52,625 nucleotides of DNA, taken from Nitratiruptor sp. Lineage in GTDB: Bacteria > Campylobacterota > Campylobacteria > Campylobacterales > Nitratiruptoraceae. Shown piece after piece: positions 29,301-38,408 of the stretch. The notes beneath the pieces were generated by a model that was not told the DNA's origin, did no database searches, and saw nothing but the letters and a program-made list of their open reading frames with translations. Location: contig JALWCE010000097.1 of the NCBI GenBank assembly GCA_027036935.1, forward strand, positions 380-53,004, read 5' to 3'. The position numbers were made by a program, and so were the translations under genes. Numbering within the stretch: position 1 is the stretch's first letter; each line of letters starts with the position of its first letter.

Positions 29301-30754
29301 ATCTCAAACAGGTCAACCCAGATGCTAGAGTAGCAGTGAAGCTCGTATCTACAGCAGGAGTTGGAACGATCGCCGCAGGCGTGGCTAAAGCGTATGCGGA
29401 CAAGATTATCATCAGCGGCGGCGAAGGCGGTACGGGAGCCGCTCCTTTGACATCCATCAAATTCGCTGGAAACCCATGGGAGCTTGGACTCACAGAAGCC
29501 CACAACGCTTTGAAGCTCAACCATTTGCGTCAGCTTGTAGAGCTGCAGACCGACGGCGGTCTCAAAACGGGTCTAGATATCGTTAAAGCGGCCCTTATGG
29601 GAGCGGAGAGCTATGCTTTTGGTACCGGAGTGCTTACGATTTTGGGATGTAAGATTTTAAGAGTTTGCCATCTGAATAGATGTACCGTTGGGATTGCTAC
29701 ACAAAACGAATTTTTACGAGAGCACTATGTAGGGACGGTGGATCGCCTGATCAACTATTTTACTTTGGTGGCCGAGGATGTACGAAAGATATTGGCCCAT
29801 CTTGGCTACAGGCGGCTTGAGGATGTGATCGGGCGTACCGATTTATTGGAGGTGGTCGAAGCCGATTTGGCCAAAAAGTTTGATTTTTCTAGCATTTTGC
29901 GCAGAGTCGATGGAATCGATACTTGCCAAGTGCCTTTTAATGAACCTTTTGATAGTAATGAGTATGAAAAACAGATCCTCAAAGAGGTCTACCCAGCTAT
30001 TGAAAATCCCAACCACTCTGTGATCATCAATAAAGAGATAGCCAACATCAATCGAAGTTTTGGAGCGCGTATCAGCGGCGAGATCGCTAAGTATTACGGC
30101 GACAGCGGTCTAAAAGAGGATGCGATTCGTATCAATCTTAAAGGTGTGGCAGGACAGAGCTTGGGAGCCTTTCTCATTGACGGAGTAACTATCAACCTCG
30201 TAGGCGCTGGCAACGACTATGTGGGTAAAGGGATGAACGGCGGCAAGATCATCATCACCTCCAAAACCGGTAAAGAAAATTTTAGTCTTGCGGGTAATAC
30301 CTGCTTGTATGGAGCTACCGGCGGGACACTCTTTGTAGCTGGAGAGGTGGGCGAGCGTTTTGCGGTGCGAAATTCTGGGGCGTTGGCTGTAGTAGAGGGT
30401 ACGGGCGATCACGCCTGTGAATATATGACCGGCGGTATCGTGGTGATCTTAGGCAAAACAGGTATCAACTTTGGGGCCGGTATGACAGGCGGTCTTGCCT
30501 TTGTCTATGATGAAGACCACACCTTTATAGAAAAAATCAACCAAGAGCTCATAGAAGCCAGACGTATCGATATCGACGAATTCGACGAGGCGCGCCACTA
30601 CCTTAAAAAACTTTTGCGCACCTATTACGATGAGACCGGCAGTAAAAAGGCCAAGGAGCTTTTGGATAACTTCAGAATGCAGATCAGAAACTTTTGGATG
30701 GTGCGGCCAAAAGAGCTTCGTAAAGTGCCTTTGAATCTAGAGGAGGGGGAATAA
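26330..30754 (+). CDS. gltB: Glutamate synthase large subunit
   Basis: N-terminal CGFG amidotransferase, HQRFSTNT, HNGEIN, QGAKPGEGGQLPG, 3Fe-4S motif C.....C....C; ATG 26330 fits RBS spacing better than GTG 26321. Confidence 0.98.
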   Translation: MDLLRSYKDNCGFGLLASIENRPSHQNVEDAIRSLERMMHRGAIAADGKSGDGSGLLFSMPRKFFKKLSKKEGFVLPSIYAVAMVFYKNDSNLEVFKEQCLKNDLRVLHIRKVPVDTSALGEQALQTLPKIAQIFVSPNSLIATKRFDALLYLTRREIEKALEGDEDFYIPSFSSKTIAYKGLVMPTYIKQFYPDLQDRDFEASYALFHQRFSTNTLPKWNLAQPFRMIAHNGEINSIAANRYNVLAKCEALKSEVFSPEELERILPPLEPEASDSKSLDNFFEFLIVNGMEFFKAARALIPAPWQNAPHMDAKLRAFYEYTSTCFEAWDGPAAVSLCDGRYIGCVLDRNGLRPAKYIITKDKRLIIASEYGILGVPEENIVERGRLQSGEMIALDLKYGVVLKNEDINDYLKNSNPYDQWLNQNMVYLQEHIETPFSGLEEYELEDIVHKQRYYNITHELVEQVIEPMIKEGKEAVGSMGDDTPMAAFSDKQRAFTDFFKQKFAQVTNPPIDPIREKIVMSLNTGFGEIHNILDENPDHAIRLKAISPILIKEKMDVLRSYGDEKHPRYRACYKNKTFSTAFEKNLKKSLEELTDEIVRSVKEEGVRIVFLDDRQLSPHRKTMPMAMVIGRLNKKLLDSKVRHLVSMVAITGEVHDSHSAAVMVAYGASAVYPYLLFATVYEKLKKQELTSFEFRNRFKNVINALNGGFLKIMSKMGISTIASYRNSGLFDVLGLDRELVSECFTNSQALLPGLTYEDIEERLDRYHKKAYEIDLEKRIFPLELGGYYKYIDGSEYHDFAPNTVNQIHKVSVTGDERDYQELKKMVDGRGLKFIRDFFELHSDKESIPLDEVEPVEDIFKRFDSAAMSLGSISPEAHECIAEAMNKIGAKSNSGEGGEDPRRFGTIKNSKIKQVASGRFGVTPAYLRSAEEIQIKIAQGAKPGEGGQLPGHKVTALIAKLRHTMPGVTLISPPPHHDIYSIEDLAQLIFDLKQVNPDARVAVKLVSTAGVGTIAAGVAKAYADKIIISGGEGGTGAAPLTSIKFAGNPWELGLTEAHNALKLNHLRQLVELQTDGGLKTGLDIVKAALMGAESYAFGTGVLTILGCKILRVCHLNRCTVGIATQNEFLREHYVGTVDRLINYFTLVAEDVRKILAHLGYRRLEDVIGRTDLLEVVEADLAKKFDFSSILRRVDGIDTCQVPFNEPFDSNEYEKQILKEVYPAIENPNHSVIINKEIANINRSFGARISGEIAKYYGDSGLKEDAIRINLKGVAGQSLGAFLIDGVTINLVGAGNDYVGKGMNGGKIIITSKTGKENFSLAGNTCLYGATGGTLFVAGEVGERFAVRNSGALAVVEGTGDHACEYMTGGIVVILGKTGINFGAGMTGGLAFVYDEDHTFIEKINQELIEARRIDIDEFDEARHYLKKLLRTYYDETGSKKAKELLDNFRMQIRNFWMVRPKELRKVPLNLEEGE

Positions 30755-30755
30755 G

Positions 30756-32135
30756 ATGCAAAATTTCATTTTTAATGAGCGTATAGAGCCAAGAAAGCGG
30801 GCCGTCAACGAACGGATAAAGGATTTTAGGGAGATTTATGAAATATACAACCCCAACGAGGCCTCTATCCAAGCCGATCGCTGTGTGCAGTGTGGAGACC
30901 CCTATTGTCACAACTCCTGTCCATTGCACAACTTCATCCCCCACTGGCTCAAGACCGTAGCGGAGAAAGATCTGGAGCTTGCTTTTCGTATCTCCAACGA
31001 ATCCTCCCCTTTTCCAGAGATTATGGGAAGAGTCTGTCCACAAGATAGACTCTGTGAGGGAGCGTGTACCCTTAATGAAGGGTATGGGGCCATCACTATC
31101 GGGGCTATCGAGACTTTTATTAGTGAAGAGGGGTTTAAAAAGGGGCTGCGTCCCCAGTTCGAGGAGAAGAAGAGCGGGAAAAAAGTGGCGATCATTGGAA
31201 GTGGTCCGGCTGGGCTGAGTTGCGCTACCTATTTGTTGCGTGCGGGTATAGAGCCTCATCTCTTCGAGCGGGCTGATAGAGCCGGAGGGCTGATGACCTA
31301 TGGTATCCCAAATTTCAAGCTCGATAAAAAGGTGGTCCAGCGCCGTATCCAGTGGCTTCAAGAAGCTGGTATGAAGCTCAACACCAATATCGAAGTGGGG
31401 AAAAATCTCGATTTTGAGGAGCTTTTGGAAAATTACGACGCTATTTTTCTTGGAATAGGCGCTACCAAACCAAGGCGTGCTGGGATTCTTGGCGAGGATG
31501 CTAAAGGCGCTATGATGGCGATGGACTTTTTGACAAATATCCAGCGTAAACTCTTTGGCGATCCATATGATAAGGACAAAGAGGTCAAAGACAAAACGGT
31601 TATCGTCATTGGGGGGGGCGATACGGCAATGGACTGTGTGCGCACCAGTATCCGAGAAGGAGCCAAAAAGGCGATATGTGCCTACAGGCGAGATGCTGCC
31701 AGTATGCCTGGTAGCCGCAAAGAGGTCAAAAACGCCGAAGAAGAAGGTGCGGAGTTTGTCTACAATGTAGCTCCTACTAGGATTATCACGGGAGATAACA
31801 ATGAGGTAGTCGCTGTGGAGTTCGTGCGTACCATCTCCACTATCGCAAAAGATGGAACAAGAAAGCTCGAGATCGTCAAAAACAGCGAATTTACCATGGA
31901 AGCGGATGTTGTGATTTTCGCTTTGGGTTTTGAGAATACACCCTTGGAGTTTCTCTCCAAACATGGCATAGAGACAAATAAGTGGGGAGCGATCAAGGTA
32001 GATAGCAACTACGAGACCACCAAACCCGGAGTTTTCGCGGGTGGGGACTGCTATCGAGGAGCCCATTTGGTGGTGACGGCGGCATATGATGGCAGGGAAG
32101 CGGCCAAATCGATCGTACGAAAGCTTATAGGATAG
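30756..32135 (+). CDS. gltD: Glutamate synthase small subunit
   Basis: RCVQCGDPYC...CP, GRVCPQ..CE..C, GSGPAG, GGGDTAMD, FAGGD. Confidence 0.97.
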   Translation: MQNFIFNERIEPRKRAVNERIKDFREIYEIYNPNEASIQADRCVQCGDPYCHNSCPLHNFIPHWLKTVAEKDLELAFRISNESSPFPEIMGRVCPQDRLCEGACTLNEGYGAITIGAIETFISEEGFKKGLRPQFEEKKSGKKVAIIGSGPAGLSCATYLLRAGIEPHLFERADRAGGLMTYGIPNFKLDKKVVQRRIQWLQEAGMKLNTNIEVGKNLDFEELLENYDAIFLGIGATKPRRAGILGEDAKGAMMAMDFLTNIQRKLFGDPYDKDKEVKDKTVIVIGGGDTAMDCVRTSIREGAKKAICAYRRDAASMPGSRKEVKNAEEEGAEFVYNVAPTRIITGDNNEVVAVEFVRTISTIAKDGTRKLEIVKNSEFTMEADVVIFALGFENTPLEFLSKHGIETNKWGAIKVDSNYETTKPGVFAGGDCYRGAHLVVTAAYDGREAAKSIVRKLIG

Positions 32136-32875
32136 TGGAAGAGTTTTTCAAAGATCTCAAGAGCTGTTGCCAAGAGATCTACCATACTATCCACTACGAA
32201 ATGAAAGAGAGCTTTTATGGCTACGAGGGTCATGGGGCGGGAGGTGATCTCTCCTCCAAGATCGATCTTTTTGCCGAAAAGATCTTTATTGAGAGACTTT
32301 GCAAATATGGGCGTATCCATTCGGAGGAGAGTGGAGTCGTAGGGGCTGGGGAGCGTACCATTATCCTCGATCCTATAGACGGCAGCGACAACTTGCTCTC
32401 CTCCTTTCCCTACTATGGCGCATCGATCGCTCTTAAAGATTCACAAACGCTCTTTTCTTGTATCGTCAATTTTGCAAACGGCGACTTTTTTGTCAAATGG
32501 GATACTTTATATAAAAAAGGTTCCTTGCTACACGATCGCCTAGAAGATGTAAAGCTAAATCCATACAGCAAAATCGGCATTTTTGAAAAAGCCTACGCCA
32601 ATCCTATAATTGTCAAAAAACTCCAAGAGCATAGACTAAAATTTCGCAGCCCCGGGGCCGTTGCCCTCTCTTTGGCTTATGCTCGATATGTACGTTATGT
32701 CCTTTTTATAGGCAAACTTCGCCCCTATGACATAGAAGCGGGTTTGCATCAGTGTAAAGGGCTCTATTTGTATTTGGACGAGTCGACGATACTCGTAAGC
32801 AAAGAGCGCCAAATTTTTGATATGATACGAGATATCCTTACAAAGGAAAAAGATGGGTCTAAGCGATCTATTTAA
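32135..32875 (+). CDS. Inositol monophosphatase/FBPase superfamily phosphatase
   Basis: GAGGD...IDL.AE, SEE, LDPIDGS.N, D..AG; GTG start overlaps the gltD stop. Confidence 0.88.
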   Translation: MEEFFKDLKSCCQEIYHTIHYEMKESFYGYEGHGAGGDLSSKIDLFAEKIFIERLCKYGRIHSEESGVVGAGERTIILDPIDGSDNLLSSFPYYGASIALKDSQTLFSCIVNFANGDFFVKWDTLYKKGSLLHDRLEDVKLNPYSKIGIFEKAYANPIIVKKLQEHRLKFRSPGAVALSLAYARYVRYVLFIGKLRPYDIEAGLHQCKGLYLYLDESTILVSKERQIFDMIRDILTKEKDGSKRSI

Positions 32876-33752
32876 AATCAGAAAATCTCAACCGAGCACT
32901 ACCCAAAAACCTAGCCATTGGGTGAAATGTCCTAGCTGTAACGCTTTGATGTACTACAAAGAGGTGCAAAACCGCTTTAATGTCTGTCCAAAATGTGGCT
33001 ATCACTTTCGTATAGGGGCACAAGAGCGTATCAAGATACTTTGTGATGAAGGGAGTTTTGTTGAGTATGATGCCAATTTAGAGCCTGTGGATCCTTTGAA
33101 ATTTGTGGATAAGAAAAGCTACAAAAAGCGGGTGGAAGAGAATAGGAAAAAGACCGGAAGAGCGAGTTCAGCCATCAGTGGGGAGTGTACCATAGAAGGG
33201 ACGCCTACTCAAATCGTGGTCTTTGACTTTGCCTTTATGGGCGGAAGTCTTGGTTCGGTAGAAGGAGAAAAGATCGTTCGGGCCGTGCAACGAGCTATTA
33301 AGAAGCGTCAGCCCCTCGTGATCGTGAGCGCCAGCGGGGGGGCGAGGATGCAAGAGAGTACCTTTAGTTTGATGCAAATGAGTAAAACTTGTGCGGCTTT
33401 GGCCAAACTACACGAGGCCAAACTCCCATATATCTCAGTACTAACCGATCCTACGATGGGGGGTGTGAGCGCCTCTTTTGCGATGATTGGTGATATCATC
33501 ATGGCCGAGCCCGGCGCTTTAATAGGCTTTGCGGGACAAAGAGTCATCAAGCAGACCATTGGCGCTGACTTGCCTGAGGGGTTTCAAAGAAGCGAGTTTT
33601 TACTTGAGCACGGACTCATCGATATGATCGTAGATAGACCCCAGATGAAAAAGACGATAGGCAATCTATTAAAGATTTTGCTACCTGAATCCGTAGGCGC
33701 TTTAGAAGAGGCAAAACCCCAACAGAAGCAAGGGGAAAAGAAGAATGATTGA
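32853..33752 (+). CDS. accD: Acetyl-CoA carboxylase carboxyltransferase beta subunit
   Basis: Zn finger WVKCPSC...[38 protein letters not shown]. Confidence 0.98.
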   Translation: MGLSDLFKIRKSQPSTTQKPSHWVKCPSCNALMYYKEVQNRFNVCPKCGYHFRIGAQERIKILCDEGSFVEYDANLEPVDPLKFVDKKSYKKRVEENRKKTGRASSAISGECTIEGTPTQIVVFDFAFMGGSLGSVEGEKIVRAVQRAIKKRQPLVIVSASGGARMQESTFSLMQMSKTCAALAKLHEAKLPYISVLTDPTMGGVSASFAMIGDIIMAEPGALIGFAGQRVIKQTIGADLPEGFQRSEFLLEHGLIDMIVDRPQMKKTIGNLLKILLPESVGALEEAKPQQKQGEKKND

Positions 33753-34341
33753 GGATATTTATGCACTTTGTGATATGGAGCTGCTTAGGCGCTTTGATTT
33801 GACACTAGAGGATTTTGTGCGTATCGCTAAAAGATTTAATGCTTCTATTTTGCAATATAGGGATAAACAGGCTTCCCCAAGGCAAAAAAACGAGCGTCTT
33901 AAGCGTTTGCGAGCGTTGTGGGAGAGGACGCTGATTATCAATGACGAGATAGCCTTGGCCAGATTTTGCGATGGGGTGCATATAGGACAAGAGGATCTTC
34001 AAAACGTAATGCGTGGATTTGGAGCAAAAAGCAAAAGCGAGGCGATCATAATCATCAAAAAACTGAGCGGCGCCAAGATCGTGGGGCTTTCTACCCACAC
34101 GCTCCAAGAGATAAAGGAGAGCAACGGATTGGATGTGGATTATATCGGCCTTGGGGCTTACAGAGCTAGTCAAACCAAAGAGGTGGAGTATGTATTGGGA
34201 TCAGAGCTGAGTCATTTGGCTAAAAGATCGAGGCATAAAGTAGTCGCCATTGGCGGAGTGCAGCTTTTTGATCATATTGAAAATGTTTGGAAAAAGGCTA
34301 TAGGCACCGATCTTGTGATCAAGGCTCTTACCTATGCATAA
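33745..34341 (+). CDS. thiE: Thiamine-phosphate synthase family protein (ThiE/TenI fold)
   Basis: [29 protein letters not shown]...SQTK, VAIGG. Confidence 0.82.
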   Translation: MIEDIYALCDMELLRRFDLTLEDFVRIAKRFNASILQYRDKQASPRQKNERLKRLRALWERTLIINDEIALARFCDGVHIGQEDLQNVMRGFGAKSKSEAIIIIKKLSGAKIVGLSTHTLQEIKESNGLDVDYIGLGAYRASQTKEVEYVLGSELSHLAKRSRHKVVAIGGVQLFDHIENVWKKAIGTDLVIKALTYA

Positions 34342-34792
34342 GATTGCCGTGTATGCCATTGGCAAAAAAGAGAATAGATGTTATGAGTGCCTCTATGAGG
34401 AGCTGATAAAAAATGCCAAAAAATATGCTAGTATCAAGATGGTCGATATTTTCAATAAGAAAATCAATCAAGCCCAAAGCAGTGGCCTAGCCAAAGAGTC
34501 CTATACTCAAGCTTTGGAGCCTTATCTTGCTCAAGACTATTATACTATCGCTTTGCATCCCAAAGCCAAAGAGCTTGATAGTTTCGAGTTTGCCCAAATT
34601 TTTAAAGAACATAGCAAGATCGCTTTTTTTATAGGTGGAGCCTATGGGTTTGAGGAGGCGTTTTTGAGAGGCTGCGATATGAGCGTTAGTCTTAGTCGCC
34701 TTACTATGAGCCATAAAATCGCCAAGATTGTACTTTTAGAGCAGATATTTCGAGCCCTTGGCATCTTGCACAATCATCCATACCATAAATAG
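34334..34792 (+). CDS. rlmH: 23S rRNA pseudouridine(1915)-N3 methyltransferase
   Basis: FFIGGAYG, SLSRLTMSH..A..VLLEQIFRA, HPYHK. Confidence 0.95.
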   Translation: MHKIAVYAIGKKENRCYECLYEELIKNAKKYASIKMVDIFNKKINQAQSSGLAKESYTQALEPYLAQDYYTIALHPKAKELDSFEFAQIFKEHSKIAFFIGGAYGFEEAFLRGCDMSVSLSRLTMSHKIAKIVLLEQIFRALGILHNHPYHK

Positions 34793-34800
34793 GAGAGAGT

Positions 34801-35805
34801 ATGCGACTCAAACGCTACATATTTTTAAGCATTCTTTTGATAGCTGCGGTGGGTGGACTGGTCTATCTCAAAACAGATGCGACTTACACGGTGGAGATTT
34901 TGGGTATTCCTGTGACGCTTCCTATTGCCGTATGGGTGGTGTTGCCGATGTTTTTGATGTTTTTGGCCTCTTTTTTTCATATGGCCTACTACTCTTTTAT
35001 CAATTATATGAAATTAAAACGCTATAAAAAAGATTATGATACCTTAGTGACATCTTTTGCGCACGCTTTGCTCAGAGAGCCTAAAAATTGGCACTACAAG
35101 ACCCGTGAGGCAAAAAACTTAGGTCATATTACGGATAAATCCCATCTCATTCCCCAAGATTTTCGTATCGATACCAAAGATGAACGGCTCAAAAAGCCTT
35201 TGGAGTATGTCAAAGATATCCAAAACGGCATTTATGTGGAGATAGAGGGATTTGAGCTCTCGCCAAAAAATCCTTTGCTCGTCCAAAATTTGCAAAACAG
35301 ACTCAAAAAGGAGCCTACATTTAGCGGTGTAATCTTGAAAAAGTGTCAAGATTATCCTAAGGATTTATGTCAAAAGGCTTTGGAAATTTATATGGACTTT
35401 AGTGATATCTCCAAAATCAAAGAGTACGCCTCCGTTTTTACTTTTGAGACACTGCTAAAACTCATCGATAAAGCAGCGCAAAAAAGAGAGCATGTCCACT
35501 ACCAAGATCTTTTGTATATCGTACAAGAGGCAAAGATGGAGTTGGGGCAAAAGGAGTATATCGAACTTGCCAAAAAGATCAAGAATATCATGGCTCCAGA
35601 TGATAGACTCAGATTTTTTGAGTTGCTTAAGGAAAAAGATGAAAGAAGCGAGGCGGGGTATGTATATACCTTGCTAGATCTAGAGATGGTGGATAAGGCG
35701 AGGGACTTTTTGGAGACGACTAACGAGGAGGAGCTTCAAAATTTTAAAGCCTATTTAGAGCTCAAAGATTGTGGTAAAAACTATCCTTTGGATCTGTTTG
35801 CGTAA
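34801..35805 (+). CDS. Conserved Campylobacterota membrane-anchored protein (two N-terminal TM helices plus helical domain)
   Basis: AGGAG RBS; two TM helices joined by a beta-hairpin (TYTVEILGIPVTLPIAVW); rest is alpha-helical. Confidence 0.78.
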   Translation: MRLKRYIFLSILLIAAVGGLVYLKTDATYTVEILGIPVTLPIAVWVVLPMFLMFLASFFHMAYYSFINYMKLKRYKKDYDTLVTSFAHALLREPKNWHYKTREAKNLGHITDKSHLIPQDFRIDTKDERLKKPLEYVKDIQNGIYVEIEGFELSPKNPLLVQNLQNRLKKEPTFSGVILKKCQDYPKDLCQKALEIYMDFSDISKIKEYASVFTFETLLKLIDKAAQKREHVHYQDLLYIVQEAKMELGQKEYIELAKKIKNIMAPDDRLRFFELLKEKDERSEAGYVYTLLDLEMVDKARDFLETTNEEELQNFKAYLELKDCGKNYPLDLFA

Positions 35806-36749
35806 TGAAGCTCGATTTTTCTAAGCCCCTGTATGTTTTGGCTCCCTTGGCCGGGTACACAGATCTCCCTTTTCGTAGCGTAGTAAAAAAATTTGGAGCT
35901 GATTTGACCATTAGCGAGATGATTAGCTCCAACGCTTTGGTATATGATAGTCAAAAGAGCTACAAAATGCTTGAAAAATCTGCTCTGGAGGATCCCTATT
36001 TTGTGCAAATTGCCGGAGCCAAGGAAGAAATCGTGGCCAAAGCGGTGGAGAGGCTAAACGAAAAAGAGGGAATTGACGGCATTGATCTTAATGCTGGATG
36101 TCCGGTACCAAAAGTGGTGCGGCAGGGTGCAGGGAGCGCTTTACTCAAAGATCCAGACTATTTGGCCAAGATCGTGCGTACGATCAAAAAGCACTCTGCC
36201 AAAACATATACAAGTGTTAAAATACGATTAGGTTTTGATCGCAATCAAGTCGTAGAGCTCGTCCAAGCTGCCCAAGATGCCGGAGCCGATTTTATCACGA
36301 TCCACGGCCGTACGAGAAGCGGAGGTTTTAAATCTTACGTTGATTACGATGCGATAGCCCTTGCCAAGCAGAGTGTTTCCATACCCGTGATTGCCAATGG
36401 GGATATTACCGATTTTACCAAAGCCAAGTGGGTGCTAGAGCATACCAAAGCCGACGGGGTGATGATAGGTAGGGGAGCGATAGGCAAACCTTGGATCTTT
36501 TATCAGCTTAAAAACGCTCAAGAAGAGCTTAATGATAGTATCAAAAAAGAGGTGATACTAGAGCATTTTGATCAGATGATCCATTTTTACGGGGAGCGAG
36601 GAGTAGTACTTTTTCGCAAACATCTGCATACCTACTCCAAAGGCTATCCGGGTGCCACGCAGTTTCGTCAACGTATTAACGAGCTAGAAAATATCCAAGA
36701 GGTGCGAGAGTTGATTGTAGCTTTTTTTGCTCAAAGGGTGAAGGTCTAA
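35805..36749 (+). CDS. dusB: tRNA-dihydrouridine synthase (DusB-type)
   Basis: LAPLAGYTD.PFR, DLNAGCP, KIRLG, IHGRT, ANGDI, MIGRGA.GKPW, RKH. Confidence 0.92.
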   Translation: MKLDFSKPLYVLAPLAGYTDLPFRSVVKKFGADLTISEMISSNALVYDSQKSYKMLEKSALEDPYFVQIAGAKEEIVAKAVERLNEKEGIDGIDLNAGCPVPKVVRQGAGSALLKDPDYLAKIVRTIKKHSAKTYTSVKIRLGFDRNQVVELVQAAQDAGADFITIHGRTRSGGFKSYVDYDAIALAKQSVSIPVIANGDITDFTKAKWVLEHTKADGVMIGRGAIGKPWIFYQLKNAQEELNDSIKKEVILEHFDQMIHFYGERGVVLFRKHLHTYSKGYPGATQFRQRINELENIQEVRELIVAFFAQRVKV

Positions 36750-37555
36750 ATTTCTCCACCGCTGGCTTTTCTTTTATACTCTTCAATCGTGGTAAAAATC
36801 TCCTCTTCTTTAGGGGGAGTTTTGCCCTCTTTCTCCTCTTGCGCTTGGGAGATATTTTGAGATTGTATGGCGTTTTCAAACTCCTCCATTGAATCGATCT
36901 CCCCTTTTTTGTATTTACCAAGAAGTACGTTGGTCGTGCCGATGAGTACGAGATAGTCGATCCCTTTAAAAGAGATGAGGGCTATTTTGTTTTGTTCATC
37001 TAGAGGTTTTTCAAATTTGATCTCAAATTCGGGAGTTTGTGGAGTTTGAATATAGATCGTTTTGGTTTTGGTAGGTATAGAGGGGGCGAAAAAGGTTTTG
37101 CGTAGGATTAAAAAGATCAAGATCGCTATTATGATCAAGAGTATCCAACTCAAAAAAGAGCCAAAGGAGGAGGACTCTTTTGTAGTCGGTGGGCTGGAGA
37201 GATTTTTTATCTCTATTTTAAGACTAAAGCCATCTTTTGATTTGGCCGCAAAGATTTTAACCTTTTGGGTCGTATAGACGACAACATCAGAGCCCCCTTT
37301 GTCAGGGAGCACCTCGATTTGATAGACAAAGGGCGTGTCGAGTTTTTTTTGCCAAGGAGCTAATATCTTTACGTCAGGTAGATAAAGAATGATTTTTTCT
37401 CTCTCTTTTTTTTGGACGATCTTCCCCTCAAATGGAATGTCAAAATTAAGAATAAGCTCTACTTTGTTTTGTGATTCTTGGACGTTGAGATTTAAAATCA
37501 TAGCGCCAAAAAGATAGAGATTGAGGGCCACAAGCAGTATCGCCGCTCTTTTCAA
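36746..37555 (-). CDS. fliO: Campylobacterota-type FliO-like protein (periplasmic N-domain, TM helix, FliO domain)
   Basis: Start revised to TTG 37555 (AAGGAG 5 nt upstream; TATAAT at 37588-37583); signal peptide, beta-rich domain, TM helix, then FEKPLDEQNKIALISFKGIDYLVLIGTTNVLL. Confidence 0.65.
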   Translation of the reverse strand: MKRAAILLVALNLYLFGAMILNLNVQESQNKVELILNFDIPFEGKIVQKKEREKIILYLPDVKILAPWQKKLDTPFVYQIEVLPDKGGSDVVVYTTQKVKIFAAKSKDGFSLKIEIKNLSSPPTTKESSSFGSFLSWILLIIIAILIFLILRKTFFAPSIPTKTKTIYIQTPQTPEFEIKFEKPLDEQNKIALISFKGIDYLVLIGTTNVLLGKYKKGEIDSMEEFENAIQSQNISQAQEEKEGKTPPKEEEIFTTIEEYKRKASGGEI

Positions 37556-37661
37556 AACCACTCCTTTTACTCTTATGTCTAGATTATAGTGCAAATTTGA
37601 TAAACTTTGGATAAAGTGAGGATGAATTTGTAGTATAATCGCCAATTAAAAAGGTATAAAA

Positions 37662-38393
37662 ATGGAGCTGATTTTTGTAGGTATTCTTGTTGGATTTCTT
37701 TCGGGATTTTTTGGTATTGGGGGCGGCACTATCTTGGTGCCTATTCTTATGTATTTGGGGTTTGATATAAAAGAAGCGGTAGGCATTTCGGTCACTCAGA
37801 TGGTCTTTAGCTCTTTATTTGGCTCCTATCTTAATTTCAAAAAACAACTTTTTAAAATTCATGAGGGATTGGCCCTTGGAGTTGGGGGATTTTTGGGAGC
37901 TTTGGGGAGCGGATGGTTTGTAAGTGTAGTGCCAAGTTGGGTACTTGAGTGGATGTTTTTGGGTTTTGTTCTTTTTGCTATGTATCGCTTTTTCAAGGCT
38001 CCCGTAAGCTATGAGGGAGCTAGTAAGGAGCTGCCCGCTCCTTTACTTTTTGGCGTGGGATTGATCATAGGACTTTTTGCCATTAGTATTGGTGTAGGAG
38101 GCTCTATTTTGGTAACGCCTATTTTAGTCGGATTTTTCCATATGGATGTGAAAAAAGCGGCTTCTATGGGGCTTTTCTTTGTGATTTTTTCTTCTATTAG
38201 CGGTTTTGTAAGTCTTAGTCTTTTTGGACACATCGACTATTTGCACGGATTTTTGGTGGGGGTCTCTTCGCTAGTAGGAGTCTATTTTGGCATTAAGCTG
38301 GCTCATAAAACAGACAGAAAGAGATTTAAAAAAGCGTTGATTTTGATCTACTCGATTATTCTGCTCTTGGTTGTTAAAAAAATATTTTTATAA
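37662..38393 (+). CDS. Sulfite exporter TauE/SafE (TSUP) family permease
   Basis: Duplicated G.GGG.ILVP.L motif (GIGGGTILVP, GVGGSILVTP); about 8 TM helices; TATAAT at 37634-37639. Confidence 0.9.
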   Translation: MELIFVGILVGFLSGFFGIGGGTILVPILMYLGFDIKEAVGISVTQMVFSSLFGSYLNFKKQLFKIHEGLALGVGGFLGALGSGWFVSVVPSWVLEWMFLGFVLFAMYRFFKAPVSYEGASKELPAPLLFGVGLIIGLFAISIGVGGSILVTPILVGFFHMDVKKAASMGLFFVIFSSISGFVSLSLFGHIDYLHGFLVGVSSLVGVYFGIKLAHKTDRKRFKKALILIYSIILLLVVKKIFL

Positions 38394-38408
38394 GATTAGA
38401 GGAGTTGT

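Noticed and set aside
31611-31618. G8 tract in gltD (G7 tracts also in obgE, accD, uvrA) as phase-variation sites
   Set aside because: They encode conserved Gly-Gly(-Gly) motifs in housekeeping genes and the frames are intact.
30684-32066. 460-aa minus-strand ORF opposite gltD (also 26687..27625 and 28922..29524 opposite gltB, 50910..51545 opposite the DAHP synthase)
   Set aside because: Codon-aligned antisense frames of conserved genes; no recognisable motifs or RBS.
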